From Octopus bimaculoides (Eukaryota), in NCBI RefSeq assembly GCF_001194135.2, contig NC_068991.1, forward strand, positions 41,161,571-41,225,570: a stretch of DNA of 64,000 bases, written 5' to 3'. Numbering within the stretch: position 1 is the first letter of the stretch; each line of letters begins with the position of its first letter. The notes below the pieces were generated by a model. The model ran no database searches, was not told the origin of the DNA, and saw only the letters and a program-made list of their open reading frames with translations. Both the position numbers and the translations under genes were made by a program. Of this stretch, positions 25,380-37,138 are shown piece by piece.

Positions 25380-27525
25380 TTAAATTTCTCTTATACCTTT
25401 TGAAGGTATACTTTCATTTATATTTATTTTCCAAGCCTGTTTTATATTACTAGTAGCCATAGATACTGTCAGTTATACTTCAAAGCCTCTTAGTGAAAAA
25501 GTACTTAATTATAAGATCATAAAATTTAACTGATAAATGTAGCACTTTAATCTCCATTAAATCTAGAACTGAATTACTACTAGTCCTAAGTTTTTAGTAA
25601 AATAAATTACACCGTTAAAGTGTATAAATTACTTGAGAAATATTTGGTGAATGTTCTTGAGAAAAATCCTGAGATTTCACTTCAAAATATTCATGTCTTA
25701 AAGAAAAGAGCAAAAATGTATGTACAAAACAACTTCGGCAGTTATCATTTTCAAGTGCATTGGCAGTTTAAGTGAACGAAATTGGCTTCAATTTGCTGCC
25801 AAACACTGAAACCAACTCAAGATGCTTTGCTTCCCTCATAACTAATATTTAGCCTATAAAAGGCTTATCACCTAATCAAAACAATTTGAGAAAAATTAGA
25901 CCTTGACAATCAAATTAAAACTATTGAGTAACTTATCCAGTTTGTAAATAAGAAACTAGTTCTTGTTCAGATCCAGTTCAGCAATGATCAAACAAACCTT
26001 TGATCTAAAACATTCCATTCCATGGCCATCCTGTCATTCTTCAGATAAGCTCTAATGTGCCTTTCCTTTTTTAAGACAGCGATTTGAAGGAGACTTGGCT
26101 GCTATTTCAGATTAAGCAACTACATAGAAACTTTCTAGAACTGAACATATGTCAGTCATAAAGAAATGTACATTATCAATGAGGCCAAAATAGCTGAATG
26201 ACTATCAACATGTTACGGAATGTTGAAAGCTATACTGGTCTTGTACCATTTTTTAATATGAACACTGTAATCTAAAGTATTGCACCTATGTAGATCAAAC
26301 AGTATTGAAGAAACATTATCAGTCAGGTGAACACTTTAGATATATTGATAGAAATAATAAGCAGATTCGATTAGTTATAACACAGATATGAGACCAAATT
26401 TTACTGCAGCCAGCTGTTTCTTTCCTAACTAAGGTTAATAACTATTTCTGTATTTTTGTTTAACAACCATTTGCAGTACTGCTTAATAGCTGTGTTATTA
26501 GCAGTGGGGAGAGTCACACATCTGTTTACTTTGCACTCTCTTAAATAAAAACTTCATGGTAAGAGCTTGTAAGTTGGACATGGTGCAGAGTGAGATAATG
26601 GAGGGAGGTTCTAAATAATGATTCTACTAAGAGATTCCCAAAAAAGGATGTCCTTAGTAGTTATTTAACCCACACAAAATTTAGCAGCCACATCCCTTTG
26701 AATAAATGCTTTGCTAAACCCAAATCTTAGGATTGTGTGTCTAGAATGCTGACTGAATGATGAAGTTCAACCCACACTGACATACAAGACATTCTATTGG
26801 TTAGTGTTGTTGCTACCAATGAAGATGATGAAGAGGAGGCGGAGCATAATTTGTGACAGGCATTCTTGAGACTCAATTATCTATTAAATTACATTGGGGT
26901 TGAACCATAATCAATGTGACTTATCCAAGGCATAGTTAGTTATAACTAATTGAAACTACTTATTTCTATCAACATAATGTGAAGTGCTCACCTGATTGAT
27001 AATGGTCTTTCTATATTGTTTGACGTACACATTTACAATGCTTCAGATTACTAATCTTGCATCATTTTTTATTAAGATACTCATAATCAGAAATTGTACA
27101 AGATTAGTATAGCTTTCAAAATTTTAACATTTGTACCAAAGGAACAACTTATTGTATAAAATTATCTTCTGGGTAACTGGCAGGGTGGTAAGGAGAAGAT
27201 ATGTTTGAAAGAAAGAGAATCCTGCACTAAACTTGTGTCCATTGCAACCAATGTGTTTGCTTTGAAAGAAAAGTCAATGGAGTTAGAAAAATGGTAAAAC
27301 AATACCTGAAAAGAAACAACCTCAACAACTAAACCCATCAAACTATAATTCAGTGAGAAACAGTGGTTGGGGAACTGAATTATAAAAAATGCATTCATGT
27401 TTCCTGTGCTTCTTATTTCCTGTATCTAGTGAAAGTTTGTGTGTAAGATTTGGGTAATGTGATTTAAATACTTTGCCAAATGCTTTAAGTAAACATGAAA
27501 AATACACTTCATATTGTCTCTCATA

Positions 27526-27686
27526 GGTGCAGACATGGCTGTGTAGTAAGAAGCTTGCTTCCCAGCCACATGGTTCCAGGTTCAGTCCCAATGTGTGGCA
27601 CCTTGAGCAAGTGTCTTCTACTATAGACTTGAGCCAACCAAAGCCTTGTGAGTGGATCTGGTAAACAGAAACTGAAAGAAGCTGGT

Positions 27687-27720
<34 letters not shown>

Positions 27721-27915
27721 TCCCCCACCACTGCTTGACAACTGGTGTTGGTGTGTTTATGTCCCCATAACTTAGCAGTTTGACAAAAGAGATCGATAGA
27801 ATAAGTACCAGGCTTTAAAAAAAGTACTGGAGTTGATTCTTTCAGCTAAAAATTCCTCAAGGTGGAGCTCTGATATGGCTGCAGTCTAATGATTGAGACA
27901 AGTAAAAGATAGAAG
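27526..27915 (+). mobile_element. tRNA-derived SINE family A, full length
   Basis: Head GGTGCAGACATGGCTGTGTAGTAAG (A box) and GGTTCAGTCC (B box), body gcaccttgagcaagtgtcttctactatag, (TG)n, tail gagacaagtaaaagatag. Confidence 0.85.
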
Positions 27916-28413
27916 ATAAAATAAAGATAGTCATAAGGCCATTTGTTGACAAAATTCCTTATTAACATCAACTCCCTAGTCAGACTATTCACTCGTGGCA
28001 TGTGCTTGATAGTACTATATGTAATGCTAGCACTTCAGATTTTTTTTAGACACATTTTAAATTATCAAAATCCTGTTTGGCATGTTTCATTTTGTAGACA
28101 GGCCAATCACGAAATATTGTTTCCTGAAGAATGACAATAACAATTTATAACAGTCTGTGCCAGATGGATGGATTAAACTGCTATAAATATGTCCAATAAT
28201 ACAGTTAATGTGGACATTTTGGAATAAGCTGTAGTATTGATGTAAGAAACACCATTACTTTTCAGTCAGTCAACAGAAATCATTTCATTTTGCTAAAGAA
28301 TTCTTTGGCATTAGATCTACAAATGAGGATGTTACAGTTCTATATTTAAGAGATGAGGAATTATGTACATTATTTACATTTGACGGATATTTGTCCTCAT
28401 CTTGTTTGTTGTC

Positions 28414-28459
28414 AACACAACGTATCAGCTGATATACCCTCCAGCCTTCATCAGGTGTC
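28414..28459 (-). ncRNA. Hammerhead ribozyme motif, decayed copy
   Basis: Minus strand GACAC-CTGATGA-A-GGCTG..CAGCT-GATA-CGTT-GTGTT; the ACGTT palindrome is retained and GAAA has become GATA. Confidence 0.6.
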
Positions 28460-28666
28460 TTGGGGAAATTTCAAACCTGGGTTCTCATTCTTATGGTATT
28501 TTTCAATGTAATTATTATTATTATTATTATTCAGGTCACAGCCTGGAATTGAACTTGGAATCTTGGGGTTAGTAGCCCACGCTCTGAACCACTACGGGCA
28601 TATGGCATAATGGTTAAAAGTGCGGGCTACTAACCCCAAGATTCTGAGTTCAATTTCAGGCTGTGA

Positions 28667-28700
<34 letters not shown>

Positions 28701-28750
28701 TACATCGAAAATACCTTAGGAATGAGAACCTGGGTTTGAAATTTCCCCAA

Positions 28751-28796
28751 GACACCTGATGAAGGCTGGAGGGTATATCAGCCAAAACATTGTGTT
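28751..28796 (+). ncRNA. Hammerhead ribozyme motif, decayed copy
   Basis: GACAC-CTGATGA-A-GGCTG..CAGCC-AAAA-CATT-GTGTT; GAAA has become AAAA, consistent with CpG decay. Confidence 0.6.
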
Positions 28797-29832
28797 AACA
28801 ACAAACAAGATGAGGACAAATATCCATCAAATGTAAATAATGTAAATAAAATGAGGATGTGTTTTGAAAGTTATACTTGTCTTATCCATTAGAGCAAAAC
28901 GATTCTTGTTTTCATTATGAAATATATAATTTATTTTGTAAGACATCATATGTGGCACATGTGTCATTTAGAAGTCTTTTGAGTGAAAGCTAACTTTCTT
29001 TTGTTTCAGAAGCTATAGAAAAGTGACAATTTTTGTTGTTATTACGACCATAACACTTGAAATTAATGTGAAGGGTCTATAATCTTGGTAATGAGTCAGC
29101 CAATCAGATTGCTAGAAGCCTCCACCCCAATGCCAACAGCAATCATGATGTGCAGATATATGCTATCCAGAATATTCAGTATTTGATTAGCAATATGATC
29201 ATGGGTATCCTATCTTTATTGTAAGCATACAAATCTAAAATTTAAGAGTAAACAAAATGTAGTCTTAATTATAGGCCGTAAAATTTTCAGTTCTTCTCTG
29301 CACTGAATTATGCACTACTGTCTTGTTTCTTACTACATATAGTAGTTGAATGAAATGCTGGTACTACCAACCTAATGTAAACAGTAATGGTCTAGCATTG
29401 TAGTTAATGAATGTAAAACATGAGTAGTAATTAGTAAACTAATAAATGAATAAAATTAAGTAACATAGAGAGATAAGGGTAACTATTTATTTATCCCAAA
29501 CACAAATGTGATTATTTCCTGTCATGATCACAGACATTTATCAGTAAGTAATCAGCCCTGTTAATTACAGATGTTGAGGAGTTGAGAGTTATGGCATCCA
29601 TGCCTTTCCTTTAGGATTATTGGAAGAATAAATGACATAGTTGCAACCAATAATTGAACCTGAGTTTGCCTAGCCTTGGTTCGCCTAGTACCTGCCCACC
29701 TCAGCTAAGCACTTGCAAAGAAATATGAGGATTTCAAACATCGGTACATAGCCACAAGTTTTGAGGGAAGCAACACTTGATTATATCCATCAGCAGTACT
29801 AAACTGATACTTATTTTATTGACTATTTTATT

Positions 29833-31089
29833 GTAGGAAGGTAGATAAAACACAAACCCCTTCAGGTAGATGGCCCTGCTCAGTATGTAGAAAAGGAGTA
29901 GGTAGTAACTCTATAAGATGTACCCGGTGCAAGCTATGGACACATAAGAGGTGCAGCAACATCAAAGGCAGGTTAACTAGCAAGTTAGTTTTTGTTTGTG
30001 GCAGATGTTCAGGTGCAATAAAGACTGCAAACAAACAGGAAACAACTTCTATCTCATTCCAGGGTGAAAAACTAGAGGTAGTCGATAGCTTCCGCTATCT
30101 GGGCGACCAAGTTAGTAGTGGGGGTGGGTGCGCTGAAAGTGTAGCTGCTAGAANNNNNNNNNNNNNNNNNNNNNNNNNNNNNNNNNNNNNNNNNNNNNNN
30201 NNNNNNNNNNNNNNNNNNNNNNNNNNNNNNNNNNNNNNNNNNNNNNNNNNNNNNNNNNNNNNNNNNNNNNNNNNNNNNNNNNNNNNNNNNNNNNNNNNNN
30301 NNNNNNNNNNNNNNNNNNNNNNNNNNNNNNNNNNNNNNNNNNNNNNNNNNNNNNNNNNNNNNNNNNNNNNNNNNNNNNNNNNNNNNNNNNNNNNNNNNNN
30401 NNNNNNNNNNNNNNNNNNNNNNNNNNNNNNNNNNNNNNNNNNNNNNNNNNNNNNNNNNNNNNNNNNNNNNNNNNNNNNNNNNNNNNNNNNNNNNNNNNNN
30501 NNNNNNNNNNNNNNNNNNNNNNNNNNNNNNNNNNNNNNNNNNNNNNNNNNNNNNNNNNNNNNNNNNNNNNNNNNNNNNNNNNNNNNNNNNNNNNNNNNNN
30601 NNNNNNNNNNNNNNNNNNNNNNNNNNNNNNNNNNNNNNNNNNNNNNNNNNNNNNNNNNNNNNNNNNNNNNNNNNNNNNNNNNNNNNNNNNNNNNNNNNNN
30701 NNNNNNNNNNNNNNNNNNNNNNNNNNNNNNNNNNNNNNNNNNNNNNNNNNNNNNNNNNNNNNNNNNNNNNNNNNNNNNNNNNNNNNNNNNNNNNNNNNNN
30801 NNNNNNNNNNNNNNNNNNNNNNNNNNNNNNNNNNNNNNNNNNNNNNNNNNNNNNNNNNNNNNNNNNNNNNNNNNNNNNNNNGTGGCCGTTTTCGTGCGGG
30901 TGACACGTAAAAGCACCCACTACACTCTCTGAGTGGTTGGCGTTAGGAAGGGCATCCAGCTGTAGAAACTCTGCCAAATCAGACTGGAGCTTGGTGTTGC
31001 CATCCGGTTTCACCAGTCCTCAGTCAAATCGTCCAACCCATGCTAGCATGGAAAGCGGACGTTAAACGATGATGATGATGATGATGATG
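29833..31089 (+). mobile_element. Young 5'-truncated RTE LINE spanning an assembly gap, with a PHD-like Cys/His finger
   Basis: Stop-free frame 29835-30152: GRWPCSVCRKGVGSNSIRCTRCKLWTHKRCSNIKGRLTSKLVFVCGRC...EKLEVVDSFRYLGDQVSSGGGCAESVAAR. The family 3' UTR and (GAT)n tail follow the gap. Confidence 0.9.
30154..30881. other. Assembly gap
   Basis: N run inside the young RTE copy. Confidence 1.
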
Positions 31090-32399
31090 AAAGAATGAAA
31101 AACAAAATTGACTTTAATGGGTTTTGAACTCAATATACAACAATATTTTATCCAATGGTCTGTCAACTCTGCCAATTTATTGATCTGCCTGTAAAGTAAT
31201 ATAACTGTTTATAATTTAGGCACAAGGCCAGTAATTCTGAGAGGAGTTAGTTGATACCGTCAACCCCAGTATTTGACTGGTACTTTATTTCATCAACCTC
31301 TCAGAAAGATGAAAGGCAAAGTTGACCTCTGCAAGATTTGAACTCAGAATGTAAGCATTTCCTCCAACCCTCTAATGATTTTCAATAGCATCAAATATAT
31401 TTATTAAATCATTTATTTACAGATTTTATGTAACTAGTTTCAGTACACCCATTCTGTAGCAAACATACACAAAGATCTTAAACAGGTTAGAGCAGAAGGA
31501 GAGGAAAGTTTAACTGCATATACATTTTCTTTTGAAGTGTGTGTTGTAAAAGAATTGAAGAAAAGTTGAGTAAGAAAAGAAGCTCAAGTGAGAAGTAGTT
31601 TTGATGATAAAGAGTTATACATATTAGGTAGTGGCGAAAAAATGTGAGAGAAAAATATGGGAAGTAATGTTGGGTTGTTGAAATGGAACCAATAAGCTTT
31701 GGAGAGAAACAAATTACAGAATGGAGTATATGGTTTATCTCTGTCGTGTTGTTAAAGACAAGGTCATTCAATTTATTTGTACCAAGTTTCTGATAATAAA
31801 TTCAATTAATTCTTCTAATGCTTTAACCACTTAAAGAAAAATAGTTGTTTTATATTTTCTTTTTTTTCTTTCTTTCTAGAATGGGGTTAACATTGTAAGT
31901 GAAAGATGTCAACCATTGTAATGAAGTGAAATATAGGTTAAAGAGAAATATAGATATACACACTCCTTGTCACGAGTTGCATACAGATATCAAGTATGCA
32001 TGTGATTATAGGCTCATAGTCGAGGATATTTCGGAATTGATATATTTCTGACACACATATACACATCACACTCACATAATTAGAAAGTGAAAGGTCTTCT
32101 AGGTAGTCACATGAATTATTAGAAATACTAACCAAATCTAACCTCAAACCTACCATCTAACCCCCCCCCCCAAAAAAAAAACAGATGCTAGTATAATGCT
32201 ATCATAGACATATGTCTAAAACGATGAGATTATCACAGCTGGAATGATAGATCAATGCAATCATGGTTAAGCTGAACCTAAACAGCAACAACAACAACAT
32301 CTACATAACATATATTACTACATACTCTGCATTGTAATGCATCATACATAAACACCCATTCCTAATTTTCTAAACAAAAGCATCCTCCATACGTGATTT

Positions 32400-33070
32400 A
32401 GACACTCCATGCCAAACTTGCACTGCTTCTGTGAACAGAGACTTTTAAAGGATTCTCCAATGGCATCATATTAATTTTGTCCCCTTCAAAAGTATAACAC
32501 AATCACTGCACATATCAATGGTGCCAATCTCTTGTACCTCCTTCCAAAGTCCTAGACAATGAGCAGCTAAAACTTCAAAGACACTATAAATGCTAGATTT
32601 CAGAATCTTTGATGCTTGTTGCAAGTGATCTCATAACTGTAACTGTAAAAATTGGTCTTCAAAACAGGCTTTTCTCTTTAGTGCCAGAAAAAACTTTAGT
32701 TCCTAACTTTCTATAAAGCTCAAGCAAGCCTCACAATGGGATAGTGTACGCACATCTGGGATAGTGAAGCTATAACAAATATGAACATCCAAGACTGCAT
32801 CCAAAGAAAGGACCAACTAACTAATAGATACGAAGTCACTCATCACCAACACATTTCAACCTCTGGTCTACAGATAGGTTGTCTTCTCACTTAGCCATTT
32901 TTACTGTCAATACATTGACCTCCATTCCTTAGATTTGTCTAACTCATTTGTTAACCATTTTGTCTGCCTCCTCTCAGCTGCCTTGTAGCCATACACCAAC
33001 TACAAATGTCAATCCATTCTCTCTGGAACCTCAAATTTCTGGAATTCATTCCCTGTCCCTGCTATTTTTC
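32400..33070 (+). mobile_element. CR1/L2-superfamily LINE 3' fragment, degenerate
   Basis: LFSARK...LTFYKAQ...HIWDS and S.FWNSFP-like remnants of the post-RT domain. Confidence 0.6.
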
Positions 33071-34169
33071 TGTAGTTGTTGAGATGTTGAGCATCAACTA
33101 CATTAGAGTTATTGGTCTTGGAAGGCCTGTGAAGGCCATGAGCACAACTCCCTTCCTTCAATGTAACACACCACATACATACACGTGTGCATGCACGCAC
33201 ACGCGGACACACACACACACACACACGCACAGATAACACATATCTGTAGCCTCTAATCAAGGTGTCTAAATATAATTACTGATTATTAAAAATGGGGAAA
33301 GACAAAATCATTCATAAGTTATCCTGGATAAGTTGACCTACATTGTGTCTTATCAACAAGTGCCATCACTAATACTACTACTACAACCACCAAAACTATG
33401 AGCTATTGATTACAGTTAATTGTCACCAATAAACTTTGAACTTAAAAAATAAGAAGAATGGTTTGGGCAGATAACACCCCTACACACACACGCATACACG
33501 TGCTCGCACACACATATGTATTTTTATGTTTTCATAATTTATTATTAGGGGTCACTAATAAAAAAAATCCATCCTTTTCAAAGTAACATTAAGAACATCT
33601 GTCTACAACAATAACATTTAGAAGAACAAGTTACCCACAACACTAGCATTAAAATATTAAAAACCCAATAGTACTAACCACCCCACCTGTTGCCAACACC
33701 ATTGTCGCTGCTGTCACTTCCACCACCACCACAACAACAACAAAACTAAAATATCCAGTATTTGGCAAGAAATACATTGTTTTATAGTTTTAGGTCAACA
33801 GTAATATTCTGAGTTCAAATGCTGCTGAACTCAACTTTTTCATTCATCCTTTCAGGATTGATAAAATATGTACCAGTTGAGCACTGGGGTCAATGTAATC
33901 AACTATCTCCTCCCCAACAATTTCAGGTTTTTTGCCTGTAGTAGAAAGAGTTATTACTATTGGCCAATAATATTATTACTATTTACTCAATATTTTCAAT
34001 TCCCATCTACTGTTTGTTGCAGTCTTTTTATTTCACTTTATTTGTATTACAAAATACATACATGACAATTAGAGATGAGACATATTGGAGAAAACATTGC
34101 ACAATATTAATGTGCAATGTTTTGGTGAATGTTTTATTTATAAAATATTATATATTCATAATGTTAAGT

Positions 34170-34276
34170 TTATTTAGTCAGCAGGAAGAGGTGTATCCCT
34201 TGACTTTCATAGGTTCTCCAAGACTGGGTGAGATTGATGTGGTCAATGTTCAACTTGAAAACGTGTAATTTGACAT
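34170..34276 (-). CDS. Putative terminal coding exon inside GCHFR intron 1
   Basis: Strong acceptor tttctttccaacatttttcctacag|; phase-1 frame (D)VKLHVFKLNIDHINLTQSWRTYESQGIHLFLLTK*; AATAAA about 30 nt past the stop. Confidence 0.35.
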
Positions 34277-34487
34277 CTGTAGGAAAAATGTTGGAAAGAA
34301 AGTAATTTCAAGAGGTTGATGTTCTGAGGATTTTCAGCTAGTATCCTCACCTAGCTGTCTTCTTGACTAAAGTTCTAAATTTCCAAAACATGCTTGACAG
34401 CAGTTCACTTCATTCTCAGCTTTTAACAAACTTCATTATGTTTGGTCCCATCAAATTGTTAATCACTACTTAATCAAGGCAACATAC

Positions 34488-34555
34488 CTTTTGGAGAAGC
34501 AAAATATCTCAAGCTTGCATAGCTTCTTGCTTCAATCTCACAGGATGATTCTTTT
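34488..34555 (-). CDS. Putative coding exon inside GCHFR intron 1
   Basis: gattcactcatgctag|AAAAGAATC...CCAAAAG|gtatgt; open frame KESSCEIEARSYASLRYFASPK; ends in phase 1, compatible with 34276-34170. Confidence 0.3.
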
Positions 34556-34994
34556 CTAGCATGAGTGAATCAAAATTTTATAAATTACAGTATATTTAGA
34601 AAGCTCTAAACTGTCTTTTAATAAATATGATATTTAAGGCAGCTAGCTGGCAAAAACATTAGCATGTTGGACAAAATGCTTCACAATATTTTGTCCATCT
34701 TTGTGTTCTGAGTTCAAATACTGGCAAGGACAACTTTAGGGTCGATAAATTGAGTACCAGTTGAACACTAAGGTTTATGTAATCGACTTATCCCTTCCTC
34801 TGAAATTGCTGGCCTTGTGCCAAAATTTGAAATCTATATGATAATTAATTCATCAATCTCAGAGGGAAGGAAAACTGAGCCAGCCTAAAATCTGGCATTC
34901 TTCTTTCATCAAATGGCATTTTAATTTCACGATTTTCACATTACCATTATCATTGAGTAAAAGGAATTAATTAAATCATAGTGAAGGCTGTTAG

Positions 34995-35187
34995 CTCTTT
35001 AGCATTCAAATTTCTTTGTCAAGTGTATTGCTTATTTATTAACATTGTTTTGAATTAATTGCATCATTTTGTAGCTTCAAGATTTTTGATATTGTAGGAT
35101 AGGTTGGACATTGTAGGATCTGGTCAGTTTTAACATAAAATTGGTGGAATATCTGGGCCGGACATGGCCAGATTAAATGCTAAAGGG
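34995..35187. mobile_element. piggyBac-type MITE, sibling of 24865-25084
   Basis: ttag|CTCTTTAGCATTC ... AATGCTAAAGGG|TTAA; the internal sequence is the reverse complement of the 24.9 kb copy. Confidence 0.7.
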
Positions 35188-36562
35188 TTAAAGGCTGAGT
35201 ATGAAATGAACTGAGATGAAACATCTTTAGAAATACAATATTTCAGTCAAGGATACAGACATGTGAGGATACTTGCTGGTGCAGGCAGTTCAAAATACCA
35301 AATGGTTGGCCTTGAGCTATAGTAGAAGATACTTCCCATGGTATGGCACCTTGGGCAAGTGTTTACTATTACAGCCCTAGGTTGACCAAGCCTTATGAGT
35401 GAATTTGTTTGATGGAAACTGAAAAATTCCCATCGTGTCTACATGTGTATTTTGCTCATTGGTTTTAAACAATGACTTTGTTAAAAGTGTCATTTGCTTG
35501 CGGTCCACTGCGAAAGTATATCAGGGCTTCTTGACATTTTGTGTGATCTTTGTAAACAAAAGGCTTCTTTCAGTATCATTTATTTCCAGTTCTCCACACA
35601 AGCATGTCTGATGTGCTTGTTATTTGATAGAATGGGAGATTATAACCTCACTTGGAAACAGGTGGAGGTTGGGAACAGGAAAGACATCTGGCCACAGAAT
35701 AATCTGCTCCAATATACTTTCATCAGACTCATGCAAGCAAGGAAAAGTATATGTGATGGTGAAGACAACGATGACAACACAGAAAAAGACATGAAAATTG
35801 AAATTGAATTTTGAAACATTCCCTGCTGTAGAGCTGATTCATTAGACATTGATTCAAATGTTCCTAACATTGATTTAAATGTTCCAATTTATATCATTAA
35901 AACTGAGACAGAAACATACAAACATGACAAAAAGAAAAAAAAAACTGCTTGTTTCATGATTGTCTGATAATTAAATGTGACATAAATGCTGTTCAGATTA
36001 GCATATTCGTTTTTAACAACATTCAGAAGAAAGAAAATAACTAGTTGCCTAACATGACGAGATATTAGCAAGAACTTCAACTTGGTTATTGAAGAAATAA
36101 TATTCAAACAAGTGCTGCCATGGGAACCTGCAATGTCACTAATCACGAATAATCAGAGCCTGTTTATGTGGTAGAGTTACTGACAAATGAAAGAACATTT
36201 AGTAACATGGCAGAAAGAAAGAGACAGACTGAATTTGTAATACACACTTTTGCATGAGGATTGTTAGGAAACTTGGATTACTACTAAAACAGGCACAGCA
36301 TAATCTCTCCAATATATCTTTAATCAAATTACTAGGATTAGTTCTGAATTTATCTAAATGCTAAAGTAATCATCAGATTCAATCACTTTTTATACAGGGA
36401 AAGATGGAAACTGAAAGAAGCCTGTTTTATACATACACAGACATAAATACAGACACGCATATACATATATGTATATGCACACAGACACACAGACACAGAC
36501 ACACAGACACAGACACACACACACACACGTATGTATGTAAATATATGTATATATTCTTTTCT

Positions 36563-36908
36563 TTTACTTGTTTCAGTCATCTGACTGCAGCCATGTTGGA
36601 GTACACCCCCAGGACTTCTTTGTAAGCCTAGTACTTATTCTATCAGTCACTTTTGCTGAACCGTTAAGTTAAGGGAACATAAACACACCAACATCAGTTG
36701 TCAAGTGATGGTGGGGGGGACAAGCACAGACACACAAGTACATGCATACAGGTTTCTTTGAGTTTCTGTCTACCAGATCCACTCACAAGGCTTTGGTCGG
36801 CCCAAGGCTATAGTAGAAGACACTTGCCCAAAGTACCAGACAGTGGAACTGAACCCGGAACCATGTGGTCGAGAAGTAAGCTTCTTACCACTCAGTCACT
36901 CCTGCACC
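36563..36908 (-). mobile_element. tRNA-derived SINE family A, full length
   Basis: Reverse complement of the family A consensus from head to tail. Confidence 0.85.
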
Positions 36909-36912
36909 CATA

Positions 36913-37138
36913 TATATCATCATCATCATCGTTTAACGTCCGCTTTCCATGCTAGCATGGGTTGGACGATTTGACTGAGGACTGGTGAAACCGGATGGCA
37001 ACACCAGGCTCCAGTCTGATTTGGCAGAGTTTCTACAGCTGGATGCCCTTCCTAACGCCAACCACTCAGAGAGTGTAGTGGGTGCTTTTACGTGTCACCC
37101 GCACGAAAACGGCCACGCTCGAAATGGTGTCTTTTATG
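36913..37138 (-). mobile_element. Young RTE LINE 3' end running into an assembly gap
   Basis: Reverse complement of 30882-31070 with one difference seen in about 190 nt; (GAT)n tail. Confidence 0.9.

Larger units (their letters stand above)
28333..28848. mobile_element. Head-to-head palindromic dimer of a tRNA-headed, hammerhead-containing Penelope-type SINE-like element
   Basis: Left arm 28335-28596 (minus) and right arm 28597-28848 (plus) are reverse complements. Each has an A-box/B-box tRNA-like head, (AAT)n and a CTGATGA..GAAAC-type tail. The whole unit is flanked by the 12-bp direct repeat AAATGAGGATGT (28321-28332, 28849-28860). Confidence 0.85.

Noticed and set aside
28561-28670. tRNA-like sequences here and at the SINE heads (27526, 36908, 6372)
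   Set aside because: Only the A/B boxes and an anticodon-like arm remain, with no complete acceptor stem, and each is embedded in a dispersed repeat. They are SINE heads, not tRNA genes.
30072-31013. Long ORFs of 227-313 aa crossing 30.1-31.0, 37.0-38.0 and 44.1-44.9 kb
   Set aside because: They are artefacts of N runs and microsatellites; the real residues are off-frame RTE 3' UTR or SINE sequence.
35494-35814. 106-aa plus-strand ORF
   Set aside because: It starts at a non-ATG codon, has no recognisable homology and lies antisense in the GCHFR intron; it could be chance.
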